Source: an uncultured Gammaproteobacteria bacterium | GTDB lineage: Bacteria > Patescibacteriota > Patescibacteriia > Magasanikbacterales > GWA2-37-8 | NCBI GenBank assembly: GCA_964510885.1 | Contig: CAZEDL010000005.1 | Span: 16,053 to 80,052 of the forward strand | Direction of reading: 5' to 3' | DNA length: 64,000 nt | Shown: piece by piece, positions 10,046 through 19,934 of the stretch | Position numbering within the stretch: the stretch's first letter is position 1 | Layout: each line of letters starts with the position of its first letter | Made by a program: the position numbers and the translations under genes | Notes under the pieces: generated by a model | The model's database searches: none | Told to the model about the DNA's origin: nothing | What the model saw: the letters and a program-made list of their open reading frames with translations, nothing else

Positions 10046-11170
10046 ATGCACATTGTGATTGATGCCCGCTTAGCAAGCCCGGAGCAAGGCGGGATCGGGC
10101 GATACATCAGCGAACTGATTTCTCAGCTGACCCACCAAGATCGAACCAATAAATACAGCCTGTTACTCCGTCATAATAATTGGGACAGTGTTAAAAATCT
10201 CCCTGCGAATTTTCAAAAAGTCCTGGCCGATATCCCCTGGTATAGCTGGCGCGAACAAGTCCTCCTGCCGAGCCTGTTGCACAGCTTACAACCTGATCTG
10301 GTGCATTTTCCGCATTGGAATCTGCCACTAACGTTTCGCGGCCGGTTTGTGGTTACGATTCACGATTTGATACTCCTGCACTTTCCGAGTCGGCAGGCCA
10401 GTACGCTTGGCCCGCTGCGCTATTATTTAAAAAACCTAGCCTTTCGCCGAGTCTTACGCCACGCAGTAAATAACGCTGCCCATATCATCTGCCCAAGCGA
10501 ATTCACCCGACAAGATATTCATACCAGCTTTCGTATTCCTCTTAAAAAAATTTCAGTCACCGCGCTTGGGGTCACCTCCTTACCAACAGCAACGACCACG
10601 CCTGCAGCTACTGTGAAAAAGTATGGCATTAGCAAACCCTACGCCCTATACGTTGGTGTCGCCTACCCGCACAAAAATCTATCTGGGCTTTTGGCGGCCT
10701 GGCAGACCTATCAGCGCCTCCACGGAAAAAATCACCAATTAGTCTTAGTAGGACGGCGAAACTATTTTTATGAACAATTATTTAAACAACACGCCGAGAT
10801 GTTCGTGAATGGTTCGGTAATTTTTACCGATTTTGTGCCGGATATAGATCTGCCAGCGCTCTATCAAGGTGCCAAACTCTATGTATTCCCAAGCTTATAC
10901 GAAGGTTTCGGCCTCCCTCCACTTGAAGCGATGCAATACGGAGTTCCCGTACTCTCAAGCAACCGCACCTGCTTGCCAGAAGTGCTGCAAGGCGGGGCTA
11001 CCTATGTCGATCCGACTGATCCGGCCGCTTTTGCCACTGCATTACACCGCGCCCTAACCGACAATCAGCTGCGCTCCACCCTCATCAAAAATGGATACGA
11101 ATTGTATCCACACTACTCCTGGGCAAAACTGACTACCAAAACTATCAGCATCTACCAAAATAGTGTATAA
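10046..11170 (+). CDS. glycosyltransferase family 4 (GT-B)
   Basis: ...FPSLYEGFGLPPLEAMQYGVPVLSSNRTCLPEV... Confidence 0.85.
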   Translation: MHIVIDARLASPEQGGIGRYISELISQLTHQDRTNKYSLLLRHNNWDSVKNLPANFQKVLADIPWYSWREQVLLPSLLHSLQPDLVHFPHWNLPLTFRGRFVVTIHDLILLHFPSRQASTLGPLRYYLKNLAFRRVLRHAVNNAAHIICPSEFTRQDIHTSFRIPLKKISVTALGVTSLPTATTTPAATVKKYGISKPYALYVGVAYPHKNLSGLLAAWQTYQRLHGKNHQLVLVGRRNYFYEQLFKQHAEMFVNGSVIFTDFVPDIDLPALYQGAKLYVFPSLYEGFGLPPLEAMQYGVPVLSSNRTCLPEVLQGGATYVDPTDPAAFATALHRALTDNQLRSTLIKNGYELYPHYSWAKLTTKTISIYQNSV

Positions 11171-11221
11171 TATACCAATCTATCGGTTTTATTTTTTCTT
11201 AGTTCCGAGGATTAATACACT

Positions 11222-13813
11222 GTGGCAAATAACACATCTTCCGGCCGTCGGCCTCAACTGCGCCGCTGTGCCAGTTGCACTAAAGTCGGCCACAACACAG
11301 CTCGCTGCCCGAAAAAAATTTCCCCGACTCGAGCACCAATCTCTCACCTTGCAACGCCGCCCCGAACGACGAAATTTGTCGCACCCAAAAAATCTGAAGT
11401 TGCAGCGCCAAAAGCATCTCCGACCGGTCGCGGATTAAATTTTTTTATTCATCATGTTAATCACCAGCCACCACAGTCGGCACATATCGTAAATTTAAAA
11501 ACGCCTGCTCGAGGCACCTGGAAAGAAGTTGAGCCATCCGCTCCGAGCACCTCTTCAAATCCAGACTATCATTTTTATCACGAGGTTAAATCTACCAATC
11601 AACCAACTACTCCCCCACTGCCATCGCCGCATACAGATACGCTGACCACCGTTCACTCAAAGCTCGAACCATCCCGTCGAACCTCTCCACATACTTATTT
11701 TTCGGCTGAATTAAAAACCCCCCGGCACAGCTCTAGCCGCCTATCGACCACTCTACAACGTACTTATAATGGTGTCGCAGAGCGCATCAAAAAAATAAAT
11801 CTAGCACTGCCAGCAGCCAGCGACATTATCACTCTGCCCCGGTTTACCGCGGCGATCCTGATAATTTTTATTATCACGACTATCCCCACCTCAGCCAGCG
11901 GATATGTGACCGATTTAAAAACCGGACAACAAACCATTATCACCAATGGAACCCTCGGATTTACCAAACTAGCCGGTTCTGGCAAACAATTAATTGGCGG
12001 AGATATAGTAGGAGCGACCGATAGCACCGAAGCGGCGATTGAACATTTTGATACGGCCCTTGGCGCCCTATCTAAACACAGTCTACTAGCGAGTGCCGCC
12101 GGCCTTATTCCCAAACTAAGCGACCAAGTCTCCGGCGGCCAACAATTATTATTAGCAGGACAAGAAATTGCCGTTGGCAACAACATCCTCCTAACGGGCA
12201 TTGCAGACTTAGCAGCTACCCCCTCAGACACCCCCACGCTACGCCTCAGTCGCGTCGTTAATTATCTAGAACAAGCTCTGCCTAATTATGAGCGCGGCCT
12301 GGCTAGCCTAGAACGCGTTGATCCACGGATTCTGCCAGCCAACTACCAGGAAATATTTAAAAATTTTCGCCTGGCGTTCCAGGCTGGAGTGCATGACATC
12401 AAAACGCTTACCGATTTCGGAAAAAAACTGCCGGATATATTCGGAGGTGAAGGGCTCCGCCGTTACCTAATTATTTTCCAAAATCCTCATGAACTCCGGC
12501 CAACCGGAGGGTTTATGGGATCTTTCGCGCTGCTTGAAGTTAAAGACGGCGCCATCGTCAAACTGGAAGTCCCTCCCGGCGGTAGCTATGATCTGCAAGG
12601 ACAGCTCGATACCTATCTCGAACCACCCGCCCCGCTCCTGCTTACCAATAAACGCTGGGAATTCCAGGACGCCAACTGGTTCGCCGATTTTCCAACCAGC
12701 GCCAACAAAATTCTCTGGTTCTACCGGCACAGCCGCGGCATCACTGCCGACGGAGTGATCGCCGTCAACGCCTCAGTACTCGAACGCTTACTCACAATTA
12801 TCGGGCCAGTTACCGACGATAAACGCAACCTCACCCTATCGAGCGCCTCAGCTCTTACCACCATCCAAGATATCGTGGAACATGGCCCAGAAAAAACTGA
12901 TCGTCGCCCCAAACAAATCTTGTCTGATCTGGCTCCGAGCCTGCTTGCTTCCGTGCAGGCACTGCCCCCAGCAGATTTGTTGAAGGTATTATTTAATCTC
13001 GAAGAAGCCTTAGAACAAAAAGAAATTCAAGCGTACTTCACGAATCCCGAACAACAAAACTCGGTCAGTCAATTTGGCTGGGACGGCCGTATCCTGCCGA
13101 CTGCCCCAACGCAAGATTATCTGTTCGCCGTTAATGCCAATATTCGTGGCCAAAAAACTGATGCCAAAATCAAACAAAACATCACTCACCAAGCAGTGGT
13201 CTCTACCGATGGCTCGGTGATTGATACCGTAGTAATTACCCGTGAACATTCCGGCACAACGGGTGAAAAACTCTACGGCGAGCCAAACAGCAGCTTCCTC
13301 AGACTCTACGTGCCGAAAGGCAGCGAGCTAATTTCTGCGACCGGTTTCACCTGGCCAGAAGAAAGTCAGTTCCGTGCCCCTGAAACTTGGTCGGAGCCAG
13401 ATGAACTGCTGACGAGCATAGAAAAACCGGTCGGTTTTGATGCCGCTTCAGGCACGCGGATCACCGAAGAATTTGGTAAAACTGTCTATGGCAACTGGAT
13501 AATAACTAACCCGGGCGAAATCAGTCGGGTAGTATTTTCTTACCGGCTCCCGTTCCGAGTGTTCGAACCCGAACCTTCCGGCCGCAAATTTACATCCCTA
13601 ATCGGCGGGCCAAGAACTGCCAAATATCAATTGGTAGCAGAGCGCCAATCAGGGGCAGACAGCTCCTTTAGCAGCCAGGTCATTTTCCCTGGCGGCTGGA
13701 GCCCAGTCTGGAACAGCGGCGAACAAATGTCGCTAGCAGACAATGGCGCCGCCATCTCTTTATTACCTCTTTCCCGCGACCAGATTTGGAGTCTGGTCAT
13801 GGAAAAGAATTAA
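11222..13813 (+). CDS. large membrane-anchored protein: N-terminal CCHC zinc knuckle, Pro-rich linker, one TM segment, DUF4012-like ectodomain
   Basis: C-x2-C-x4-H-x4-C (CASCTKVGHNTARC) at residues 16-29. TM segment ITLPRFTAAILIIFIITTIP. ...NPHELRPTGGFMGSF... resembles the DUF4012 signature. Confidence 0.6.
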   Translation: MANNTSSGRRPQLRRCASCTKVGHNTARCPKKISPTRAPISHLATPPRTTKFVAPKKSEVAAPKASPTGRGLNFFIHHVNHQPPQSAHIVNLKTPARGTWKEVEPSAPSTSSNPDYHFYHEVKSTNQPTTPPLPSPHTDTLTTVHSKLEPSRRTSPHTYFSAELKTPRHSSSRLSTTLQRTYNGVAERIKKINLALPAASDIITLPRFTAAILIIFIITTIPTSASGYVTDLKTGQQTIITNGTLGFTKLAGSGKQLIGGDIVGATDSTEAAIEHFDTALGALSKHSLLASAAGLIPKLSDQVSGGQQLLLAGQEIAVGNNILLTGIADLAATPSDTPTLRLSRVVNYLEQALPNYERGLASLERVDPRILPANYQEIFKNFRLAFQAGVHDIKTLTDFGKKLPDIFGGEGLRRYLIIFQNPHELRPTGGFMGSFALLEVKDGAIVKLEVPPGGSYDLQGQLDTYLEPPAPLLLTNKRWEFQDANWFADFPTSANKILWFYRHSRGITADGVIAVNASVLERLLTIIGPVTDDKRNLTLSSASALTTIQDIVEHGPEKTDRRPKQILSDLAPSLLASVQALPPADLLKVLFNLEEALEQKEIQAYFTNPEQQNSVSQFGWDGRILPTAPTQDYLFAVNANIRGQKTDAKIKQNITHQAVVSTDGSVIDTVVITREHSGTTGEKLYGEPNSSFLRLYVPKGSELISATGFTWPEESQFRAPETWSEPDELLTSIEKPVGFDAASGTRITEEFGKTVYGNWIITNPGEISRVVFSYRLPFRVFEPEPSGRKFTSLIGGPRTAKYQLVAERQSGADSSFSSQVIFPGGWSPVWNSGEQMSLADNGAAISLLPLSRDQIWSLVMEKN

Positions 13814-15727
13814 TTGCTGTCTCTACTCTCTATGCACGAAGATTCTCCTATTATTTCTAACGATGAAGACGTACCGGTAAAAAAAACGGTTCGCCGTCGG
13901 CCGCTTAAAAAAACCCGCCGCCCGGCCGAGCCGGACAAGAGTGATCGCATCAATGCCAGCCTCGAAGCCATTTATCGCGACAGCCACGGCGACCTGCCTA
14001 ATATGCGGCAGATAAAAATTAAAAAATCACATCCCATTCTCCAAGGATTACTGGTACTGCTCACGGCTGGTGTCTTAATCGGCATCGCCGCTTGGGTCGG
14101 ATTTTTTGTACTGCCGAGCACCTCTGATTTTTCCGAAGGCAAAGTTGATCTTACTATTTCAGGTCCGACTGCTACCGCCATTGGCGCCACCACCACCTAT
14201 ACCATTGCTTTTAGCAACCACAATCAAAAAACCACTCTCGACACCGCCGGTTTGACTCTTCAATACCCCGTCGGGTTTGTCTTTGTAACCAGTTCTCGCC
14301 CCCTGCGTAACAGCTCTCACAATGAATTGAACGTCGGGGCGATCGATCCGGGCGCGAGCGGCGAAGTCACCGTCACCGGCCAACTCTATGGCACCCTTAA
14401 TAACGCCCAATCATTACGCGCCCTGCTTAATTATCAGCCAAAAGGCCTCACCTCGCGCTTTCAAAAAAATGTGGCGCTCACCATCGCTACCACCGATAGC
14501 CCGATCAGCCTAGCGATCGGCGCTCCTGGCCAAATCACTGCCGATACCGACACTGATATTACCTATAGCATAGTCCCCAAAGGCTCATTGGACCGAACCA
14601 GCTTTCCTCCACTACGACTACAACCGGTCTTGCCAAGCAACTTTACCATTGTGTCGTCTAGCCCCGAATTAGGCAAAGCTGGCAGCTGGAATCTTGATTT
14701 TTCTAGCAGCACGCAAAAAAACACGCCGATCACCTTCAAACTCCGCGGACGATTTGTCGAATCTAACGACCCAACTACCGTCGGCGGTCAATTAACAATT
14801 GAACTTCCCCAAGCTAAAGAGCCAGTTATTATTGCTGCCCAAACTATCCCTACGCAAATCAGTAAAAATGGGTTTACCGTTAATTTAGCAGCCAATGGTT
14901 CACTCGGCGAGCTGAACAGTAAACCAGGCGACACTCTTGCCCTGACCCTAAATCTAAAAAACACCGGTCCCTCTCCAGTCACCAATGCCATAGTGGCCCT
15001 GTCACTCGACACACCATCTAACCCTCAAAAACAAAGCATTATCAAATGGAGCGATATTGACGATCCTGCTGACGGTGACATCAAAGGCGAACAAATCTCG
15101 GCCACTATCCGTCACGGACAAATTGTTTGGAATAAGAAAAAAATTCCAGCTCTCGCCGAGATCAAACCAGGCGCAGAACTAAACATCAACTTGTCACTTC
15201 CCGTTAAAAACGCCGACGACGTTGATCTGACAAAATTCACCACAACCAATATCACCGGCCTTGCCAGCATCGATTTCACCGACAGCTCCGGCGCCGCCAA
15301 ACATTTATCCTCTTCGCCACTATCTATTACGCTTAATTCTGATTTGGAGCTCGCCGTTACTGATACAGTCACTCCAAATGGGACCAGTGAAAATCACGCC
15401 ATTAGCTGGGTACTCACCAACAACTTCCACCCGCTCAAAAATATCACGCTGTCCGCCACCTTATTTGGCGATGTCACCCTAGCGAACACCTCCTCTACCC
15501 CAGCTGGTCAAAGCAGCTACGATACCGCTAACCAGAAACTCACCTGGACAATCCCCACCATGCCAGACGGCATAGATGTTTTAGCTTGGCCATTCTCAGT
15601 AATTCTGAATCAAAAAAAACCGGCGCAAAATACGCTGGTCTCCAAAATTTCACTCACCGCCGAAGATACAGTAACCGGGCAAACGATTTCGCTAACCGGC
15701 AACGAAATCAAGCTTAAGAACGATTAG
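13814..15727 (+). CDS. membrane-anchored surface protein with DUF11/CARDB-like repeat domains
   Basis: TM segment ILQGLLVLLTAGVLIGIAAWVGFFVL followed by beta-rich repeats (TATAIGATTTYTIAFSNHN..., LKNTGPSPVTNAIVALSLD...). The ORF caller used a TTG start; the ATG at 13832 is also possible. Confidence 0.6.
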   Translation: MLSLLSMHEDSPIISNDEDVPVKKTVRRRPLKKTRRPAEPDKSDRINASLEAIYRDSHGDLPNMRQIKIKKSHPILQGLLVLLTAGVLIGIAAWVGFFVLPSTSDFSEGKVDLTISGPTATAIGATTTYTIAFSNHNQKTTLDTAGLTLQYPVGFVFVTSSRPLRNSSHNELNVGAIDPGASGEVTVTGQLYGTLNNAQSLRALLNYQPKGLTSRFQKNVALTIATTDSPISLAIGAPGQITADTDTDITYSIVPKGSLDRTSFPPLRLQPVLPSNFTIVSSSPELGKAGSWNLDFSSSTQKNTPITFKLRGRFVESNDPTTVGGQLTIELPQAKEPVIIAAQTIPTQISKNGFTVNLAANGSLGELNSKPGDTLALTLNLKNTGPSPVTNAIVALSLDTPSNPQKQSIIKWSDIDDPADGDIKGEQISATIRHGQIVWNKKKIPALAEIKPGAELNINLSLPVKNADDVDLTKFTTTNITGLASIDFTDSSGAAKHLSSSPLSITLNSDLELAVTDTVTPNGTSENHAISWVLTNNFHPLKNITLSATLFGDVTLANTSSTPAGQSSYDTANQKLTWTIPTMPDGIDVLAWPFSVILNQKKPAQNTLVSKISLTAEDTVTGQTISLTGNEIKLKND

Positions 15728-15737
15728 TCGGTGGCGT

Positions 15738-16679
15738 TTATAAAAAATCTGCTATCAAAGCCCGGGCCTGCTCCCGGGCTTTTTCAGCCTCTAGCCACTG
15801 AATCTCTCCATTAGTTTTGAACCAGGTCAGCTGACGTTTCGCATAGCGCCACGTCATAGTGACAAGTCGCCGCTCAAGCTCCGAAGCAGTCAATTCGCCG
15901 CGTAAAAAACTAGCTGCATCTTTGTAGCCAATCCCGCTCATACTCGGCAAATTCCATGCATATCGCTGCTGCTCCAGCTGTTCTGTCTCGGCAGCAAAAC
16001 CATTCTGCAATTGTTCTTTAATACGCGCTTCAATTCGCTGACGGAGCTGTTCTGATCCCCAGCTAAGGCCGATCTGTAGCGCTCTCACTTGCGGCGGCCC
16101 CACCCGCTGACGATCGGCAAACGATTGACCAGTCATAATCACCACTTCAAGCGCCCGAAGCACCCGACGCGGATTTTTAAGATCTACCGTTGCAGCTGAA
16201 GCCGGATCCAATTTTTTTAATAATTCCACCAGCTGGGCTAGCGGCTTTTCTTCAAGGCCTTGCCGCAACTTTTTATTCGGCGGCACTGCGGGAATGTCGA
16301 GGTTATCTATCACACTCCACAAATAAAGCCCGGTGCCACCAACCAAAAACGGCACTTTGCCACGGGCCGTAATATCGGCAACTTTTGCCAAGGCCAACTG
16401 TTTAAAATCAGCCAGCGTAAATTCCTGGCCCGGATCAATCATATCCATGATATGATGAGGCACATCATTCACCACATACGCTTCAGTAGCAGGTGCAATC
16501 TCGCGCCAGTCGCCAATAGGCTTACCGGTCGCCACCGTCATCTTTTTATACACCTGCCGCGAATCAGCCGAAATAATCTCGCCATTAAACTGCTTAGCGA
16601 GCTCAATGCCAAGATCGGTCTTTCCGGAAGCGGTTGGACCAAGAATCACTATCAATTTAGGAAGCCCCCCTGCCGTCAT
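15738..16679 (-). CDS. miaA: tRNA dimethylallyltransferase
   Basis: LIVILGPTASGKTDLGIELAKQFNGEIISADSRQVYK... Confidence 0.9.
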   Translation of the reverse strand: MTAGGLPKLIVILGPTASGKTDLGIELAKQFNGEIISADSRQVYKKMTVATGKPIGDWREIAPATEAYVVNDVPHHIMDMIDPGQEFTLADFKQLALAKVADITARGKVPFLVGGTGLYLWSVIDNLDIPAVPPNKKLRQGLEEKPLAQLVELLKKLDPASAATVDLKNPRRVLRALEVVIMTGQSFADRQRVGPPQVRALQIGLSWGSEQLRQRIEARIKEQLQNGFAAETEQLEQQRYAWNLPSMSGIGYKDAASFLRGELTASELERRLVTMTWRYAKRQLTWFKTNGEIQWLEAEKAREQARALIADFL

Positions 16680-16693
16680 AGTGCACTAACTAA

Positions 16694-18445
16694 TTACAAA
16701 GTTCGTCCGGCAATCTCCGCCTCTACTTTAGCAATGAATTCTGCTTTAGAAAATTTTAATTGCGCCTCCTGTCCGCGCACCCGGATCGTCCAATCTTCGC
16801 CCGATACTTCACGCTCCCCCATCACCACAATATAGGGAATTTTTTGACCAGCCGCAGTGCGCACTTTTTTGCCAATCGTCTCTTGAGCATCATCAAGCAT
16901 AGCCCGGATACCGAGCTGTTTTAACTCGCCGAGTACAGCTCGAGCCCCAGGCACAAAGGCATCGGACACAGTTGCCAGACACACCTGCACCGGCGACAGC
17001 CATACAGGGAAGGCTCCGGCAAAATGCTCGATCATCACCCCCATAAATCGTTCGAGCGATCCCGAGATAGCACGATGAACCACCACTGGTCGCTCCTTTT
17101 CACCTTTTTCATTCGTATAGGATAAATTAAATCGTTCTGGCAAATTAAAGTCGCACTGAATAGTAGCCAGTTGCCACGGGCGCCCAATCGCATCCTTGAA
17201 AATGAAATCAAGTTTCGGGCCATAAAATGCCGCTTCGCCTTCGACTCGTTTGTAATTCAAGCCGTTGGCTTTGGCTGCCTGTTCAAGCGCCCCTTCAGCC
17301 GCCTGCCAGGCCTCATCTGTGCCGAGGTACTTACTCTTATCTTCTGCGCGCACCGATAATGACACCCAGTAACCGTCCATCATCCCAAACGTGGTGTAAA
17401 ATTGCTTAATAATCCCGACAATAGTCGATACCTCTTGTTCAATTTGGCTAACACGACAAAACAAATGACCGTCATCTTGGGTAATAGCGCGCACGCGCGT
17501 CAGCCCACCGAGCTGGCCGGATTTTTCATCGCGATATACCGTCGCTGGTTCAAAATATCTAACCGGCAAATCACGGTATGAAAACTGATTATCTACGAAT
17601 ATCTGCATATGGTGCGGACAATTCATAGGCTTCATAATGAATTTATCTTCTTTGCCTTGCACCCTAAATAATTCATCACCAAATTTAGCTGCGTGGCCGC
17701 TCGTCACATACAAATCTTCCTTGGCAATATGCGGCGTCCATACCCGCATATACTCTTTATCGTGATGCAATTGCCACAAATAGTCTTCAACCGCCTTTCG
17801 AACTATCATCCCGTTAGGCTGCATAAGTGGCAATCCCGGCCCAATTAATTCCGAGATCGTGAACAATTTTAATTCTTTACCGAGTTTGCGATGATCACGC
17901 TTCTTGGCTTCTGCTTGCTGCGCTAAATATGCATCAAGCTCGGCACGCGTCGCAAACAAGAGCCCGTAAATACGGGTCAACATCTGATTTTTTTCATCTC
18001 CCCGCCAATACGCGCCAGCCACTTTTTCCAATTTCAGGCCGTCAGCTGGAATCTTGTTCGTATTTTCTGCATGGCCGCCGCGACACAAATCAGTAAATGG
18101 CCCAGAGGTAAAAAGTGTCAGTGTCTGCCCGCCGGTAGCAAATTCCGCAATCAATTCACGCTTAAACGGCTGGGCTGCTTCAAACGCTTCAGCTTCGGCC
18201 ACACCCACCTCTTTACCCACAAAGGCATGATTGCCTTTCATAATATGCTTCATTTTTTTCTCAATCGCCGGCAAATCAGCATCCGAAATAGTTACCCCAG
18301 TCGGAAACAAAAAATCATAATAAAAACCATGCTCAATGGCCGGGCCAATCCCCAGTTTAGTACCCGGGTACAATTCAAGCACCGCTGCTGCCAGCATATG
18401 GGCCGAAGAATGACGTAGAGACTGCAATTGATCTTCACTGATCAT
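16694..18445 (-). CDS. thrS: threonine--tRNA ligase
   Basis: Class II aaRS motifs ...HRAISGSLERFMGVMIEHFAGAFPVWLSPVQV... and an anticodon-binding C-terminal domain. Confidence 0.9.
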   Translation of the reverse strand: MISEDQLQSLRHSSAHMLAAAVLELYPGTKLGIGPAIEHGFYYDFLFPTGVTISDADLPAIEKKMKHIMKGNHAFVGKEVGVAEAEAFEAAQPFKRELIAEFATGGQTLTLFTSGPFTDLCRGGHAENTNKIPADGLKLEKVAGAYWRGDEKNQMLTRIYGLLFATRAELDAYLAQQAEAKKRDHRKLGKELKLFTISELIGPGLPLMQPNGMIVRKAVEDYLWQLHHDKEYMRVWTPHIAKEDLYVTSGHAAKFGDELFRVQGKEDKFIMKPMNCPHHMQIFVDNQFSYRDLPVRYFEPATVYRDEKSGQLGGLTRVRAITQDDGHLFCRVSQIEQEVSTIVGIIKQFYTTFGMMDGYWVSLSVRAEDKSKYLGTDEAWQAAEGALEQAAKANGLNYKRVEGEAAFYGPKLDFIFKDAIGRPWQLATIQCDFNLPERFNLSYTNEKGEKERPVVVHRAISGSLERFMGVMIEHFAGAFPVWLSPVQVCLATVSDAFVPGARAVLGELKQLGIRAMLDDAQETIGKKVRTAAGQKIPYIVVMGEREVSGEDWTIRVRGQEAQLKFSKAEFIAKVEAEIAGRTL

Positions 18446-18600
18446 AGGTTAAAAAACAGAGTTAATGTGGCTATGGTGCCAGAAAACCCCTAAAAAATCA
18501 AGAAAATAAGGGAAAATAGCCGAAAAATAAGACTAAAAATAAACGAGGGCACTTTTTTCGGCGCCGAAAAAAGTGACATACTCAATCATCAAACTCACAC

Positions 18601-18633
18601 AAAAAAGGCCCGCATCGCGGGCCTTTTAAAAAA
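18601..18633. terminator. bidirectional rho-independent terminator
   Basis: aaaaaaggcccgcatcgcgggccttttaaaaaa: perfect stem with A-runs and T-runs on both sides. Confidence 0.6.
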
Positions 18634-18640
18634 CTAAACA

Positions 18641-19783
18641 TTAATTCACATTCTTCACAACCACCTTAATCCTCTCCGGCACTCCCGGCGCCGACAGCGC
18701 CCAACTCGGCGAAAACTGAACCTCTACCGCCGATACATGGTCGAGCCCCAAAATATACCGCTGAATCTCTTCTTTCTTCTGACTGACAAAATGCTGTGGT
18801 AACAATTTCTCCCCATTGGCATCAAGCGTCACTACCACAGCCTGCTTTATCTGCAATTCAGCTTTACCAGCCGTTGGCTCAGGACGTACCACACTAACTT
18901 CCGGCTCTTTGTTAAGCGAGATCATTTTTTCCGACCGCGCATCAAAATCTTGACTGAGCCGTTCGGCAATCAGGCGATTAAGGGCGGCTCGATCATACGT
19001 TACAACCGCGAGTGTGTTTGGCCCACTGATAGTGAACTCAGACAACTCTGTTCCAGCTTCCTGGTTAGATGTTACCGATTGATCAAGTAAGGTTACACTG
19101 CGCCCAGCGCCTTCGCTCGCCGGCTGAGCGGCTTCATAGGCGGCCACAACTTTAGTTTTATAGTCATCAATCGCCTGCGCAATATCAGCAGCCGTCAGGA
19201 TACCGACTTTTTTAGCGCCGCCGCTCATCGCCGCCTTGCTTTCTGCATACACTAATTTTTGTTTTTCCGGAATTAACTTTACGATAGTAAACGTACTCGG
19301 ACCAATATCACCACTTGGTCCCGCTTGATCTGCATATACCGGAGCAGTAATCGAACCGTTAGCCGGCACTACCACCCCTTCTTTCAACCTAAAGAGCACA
19401 TTACTCGGAGTAAGTAGCTGCGTCTTTTGCACGAGCGGTTGAGCGGCACTGCCTTTGTTATACAAAATCACTTCTCCCTCCGCCACTCCTTCTACTACTT
19501 TATTGCCCGTCGGGTGATACGTAGCACTCCAATTAAAAATTGTGGAACTAACGGTGCCCGGTACACTCGTTTTACCGTCGCCAGTTCCTAATACAGGCAC
19601 CGTCCAACTGACATGCTTGGTATCTTGCTTAGACACTACGATAATAGTAGCTTTTTTAGAAGTTATAAACACCACCGCTCCGAGAAGGAGCACCGTCAGC
19701 GCCAAAAAAGAAATCGCAATAATTTTATAAAATCGTACGGGCGGCTCCGGCGCGCGCTCGGTAGCCATACGGCGGGTCATCAT
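18641..19783 (-). CDS. hypothetical N-terminally membrane-anchored protein
   Basis: 380 aa, single TM segment near the N-terminus, Ala/Val/Gly-rich, no recognised domain. Directly downstream of pilB on the same strand. Confidence 0.5.
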   Translation of the reverse strand: MMTRRMATERAPEPPVRFYKIIAISFLALTVLLLGAVVFITSKKATIIVVSKQDTKHVSWTVPVLGTGDGKTSVPGTVSSTIFNWSATYHPTGNKVVEGVAEGEVILYNKGSAAQPLVQKTQLLTPSNVLFRLKEGVVVPANGSITAPVYADQAGPSGDIGPSTFTIVKLIPEKQKLVYAESKAAMSGGAKKVGILTAADIAQAIDDYKTKVVAAYEAAQPASEGAGRSVTLLDQSVTSNQEAGTELSEFTISGPNTLAVVTYDRAALNRLIAERLSQDFDARSEKMISLNKEPEVSVVRPEPTAGKAELQIKQAVVVTLDANGEKLLPQHFVSQKKEEIQRYILGLDHVSAVEVQFSPSWALSAPGVPERIKVVVKNVN

Positions 19784-19934
19784 ACTAAAAAAATATAGAA
19801 GCTAAAAAGGCAGTTATTAGTATAGCACAGTTTCAAAAAACAGAGAAAACAATAATTCCTAAATCCGAATGTCGAATGTTAAATAAAAATCATCTTTTTT
19901 GTAATTCGATATTCTGATTTCGTCATTTACACTC

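Noticed and set aside
18446-18640. T-box riboswitch upstream of thrS
   Set aside because: The conserved T-box sequence and specifier-loop architecture were not found. Only a simple hairpin is present.
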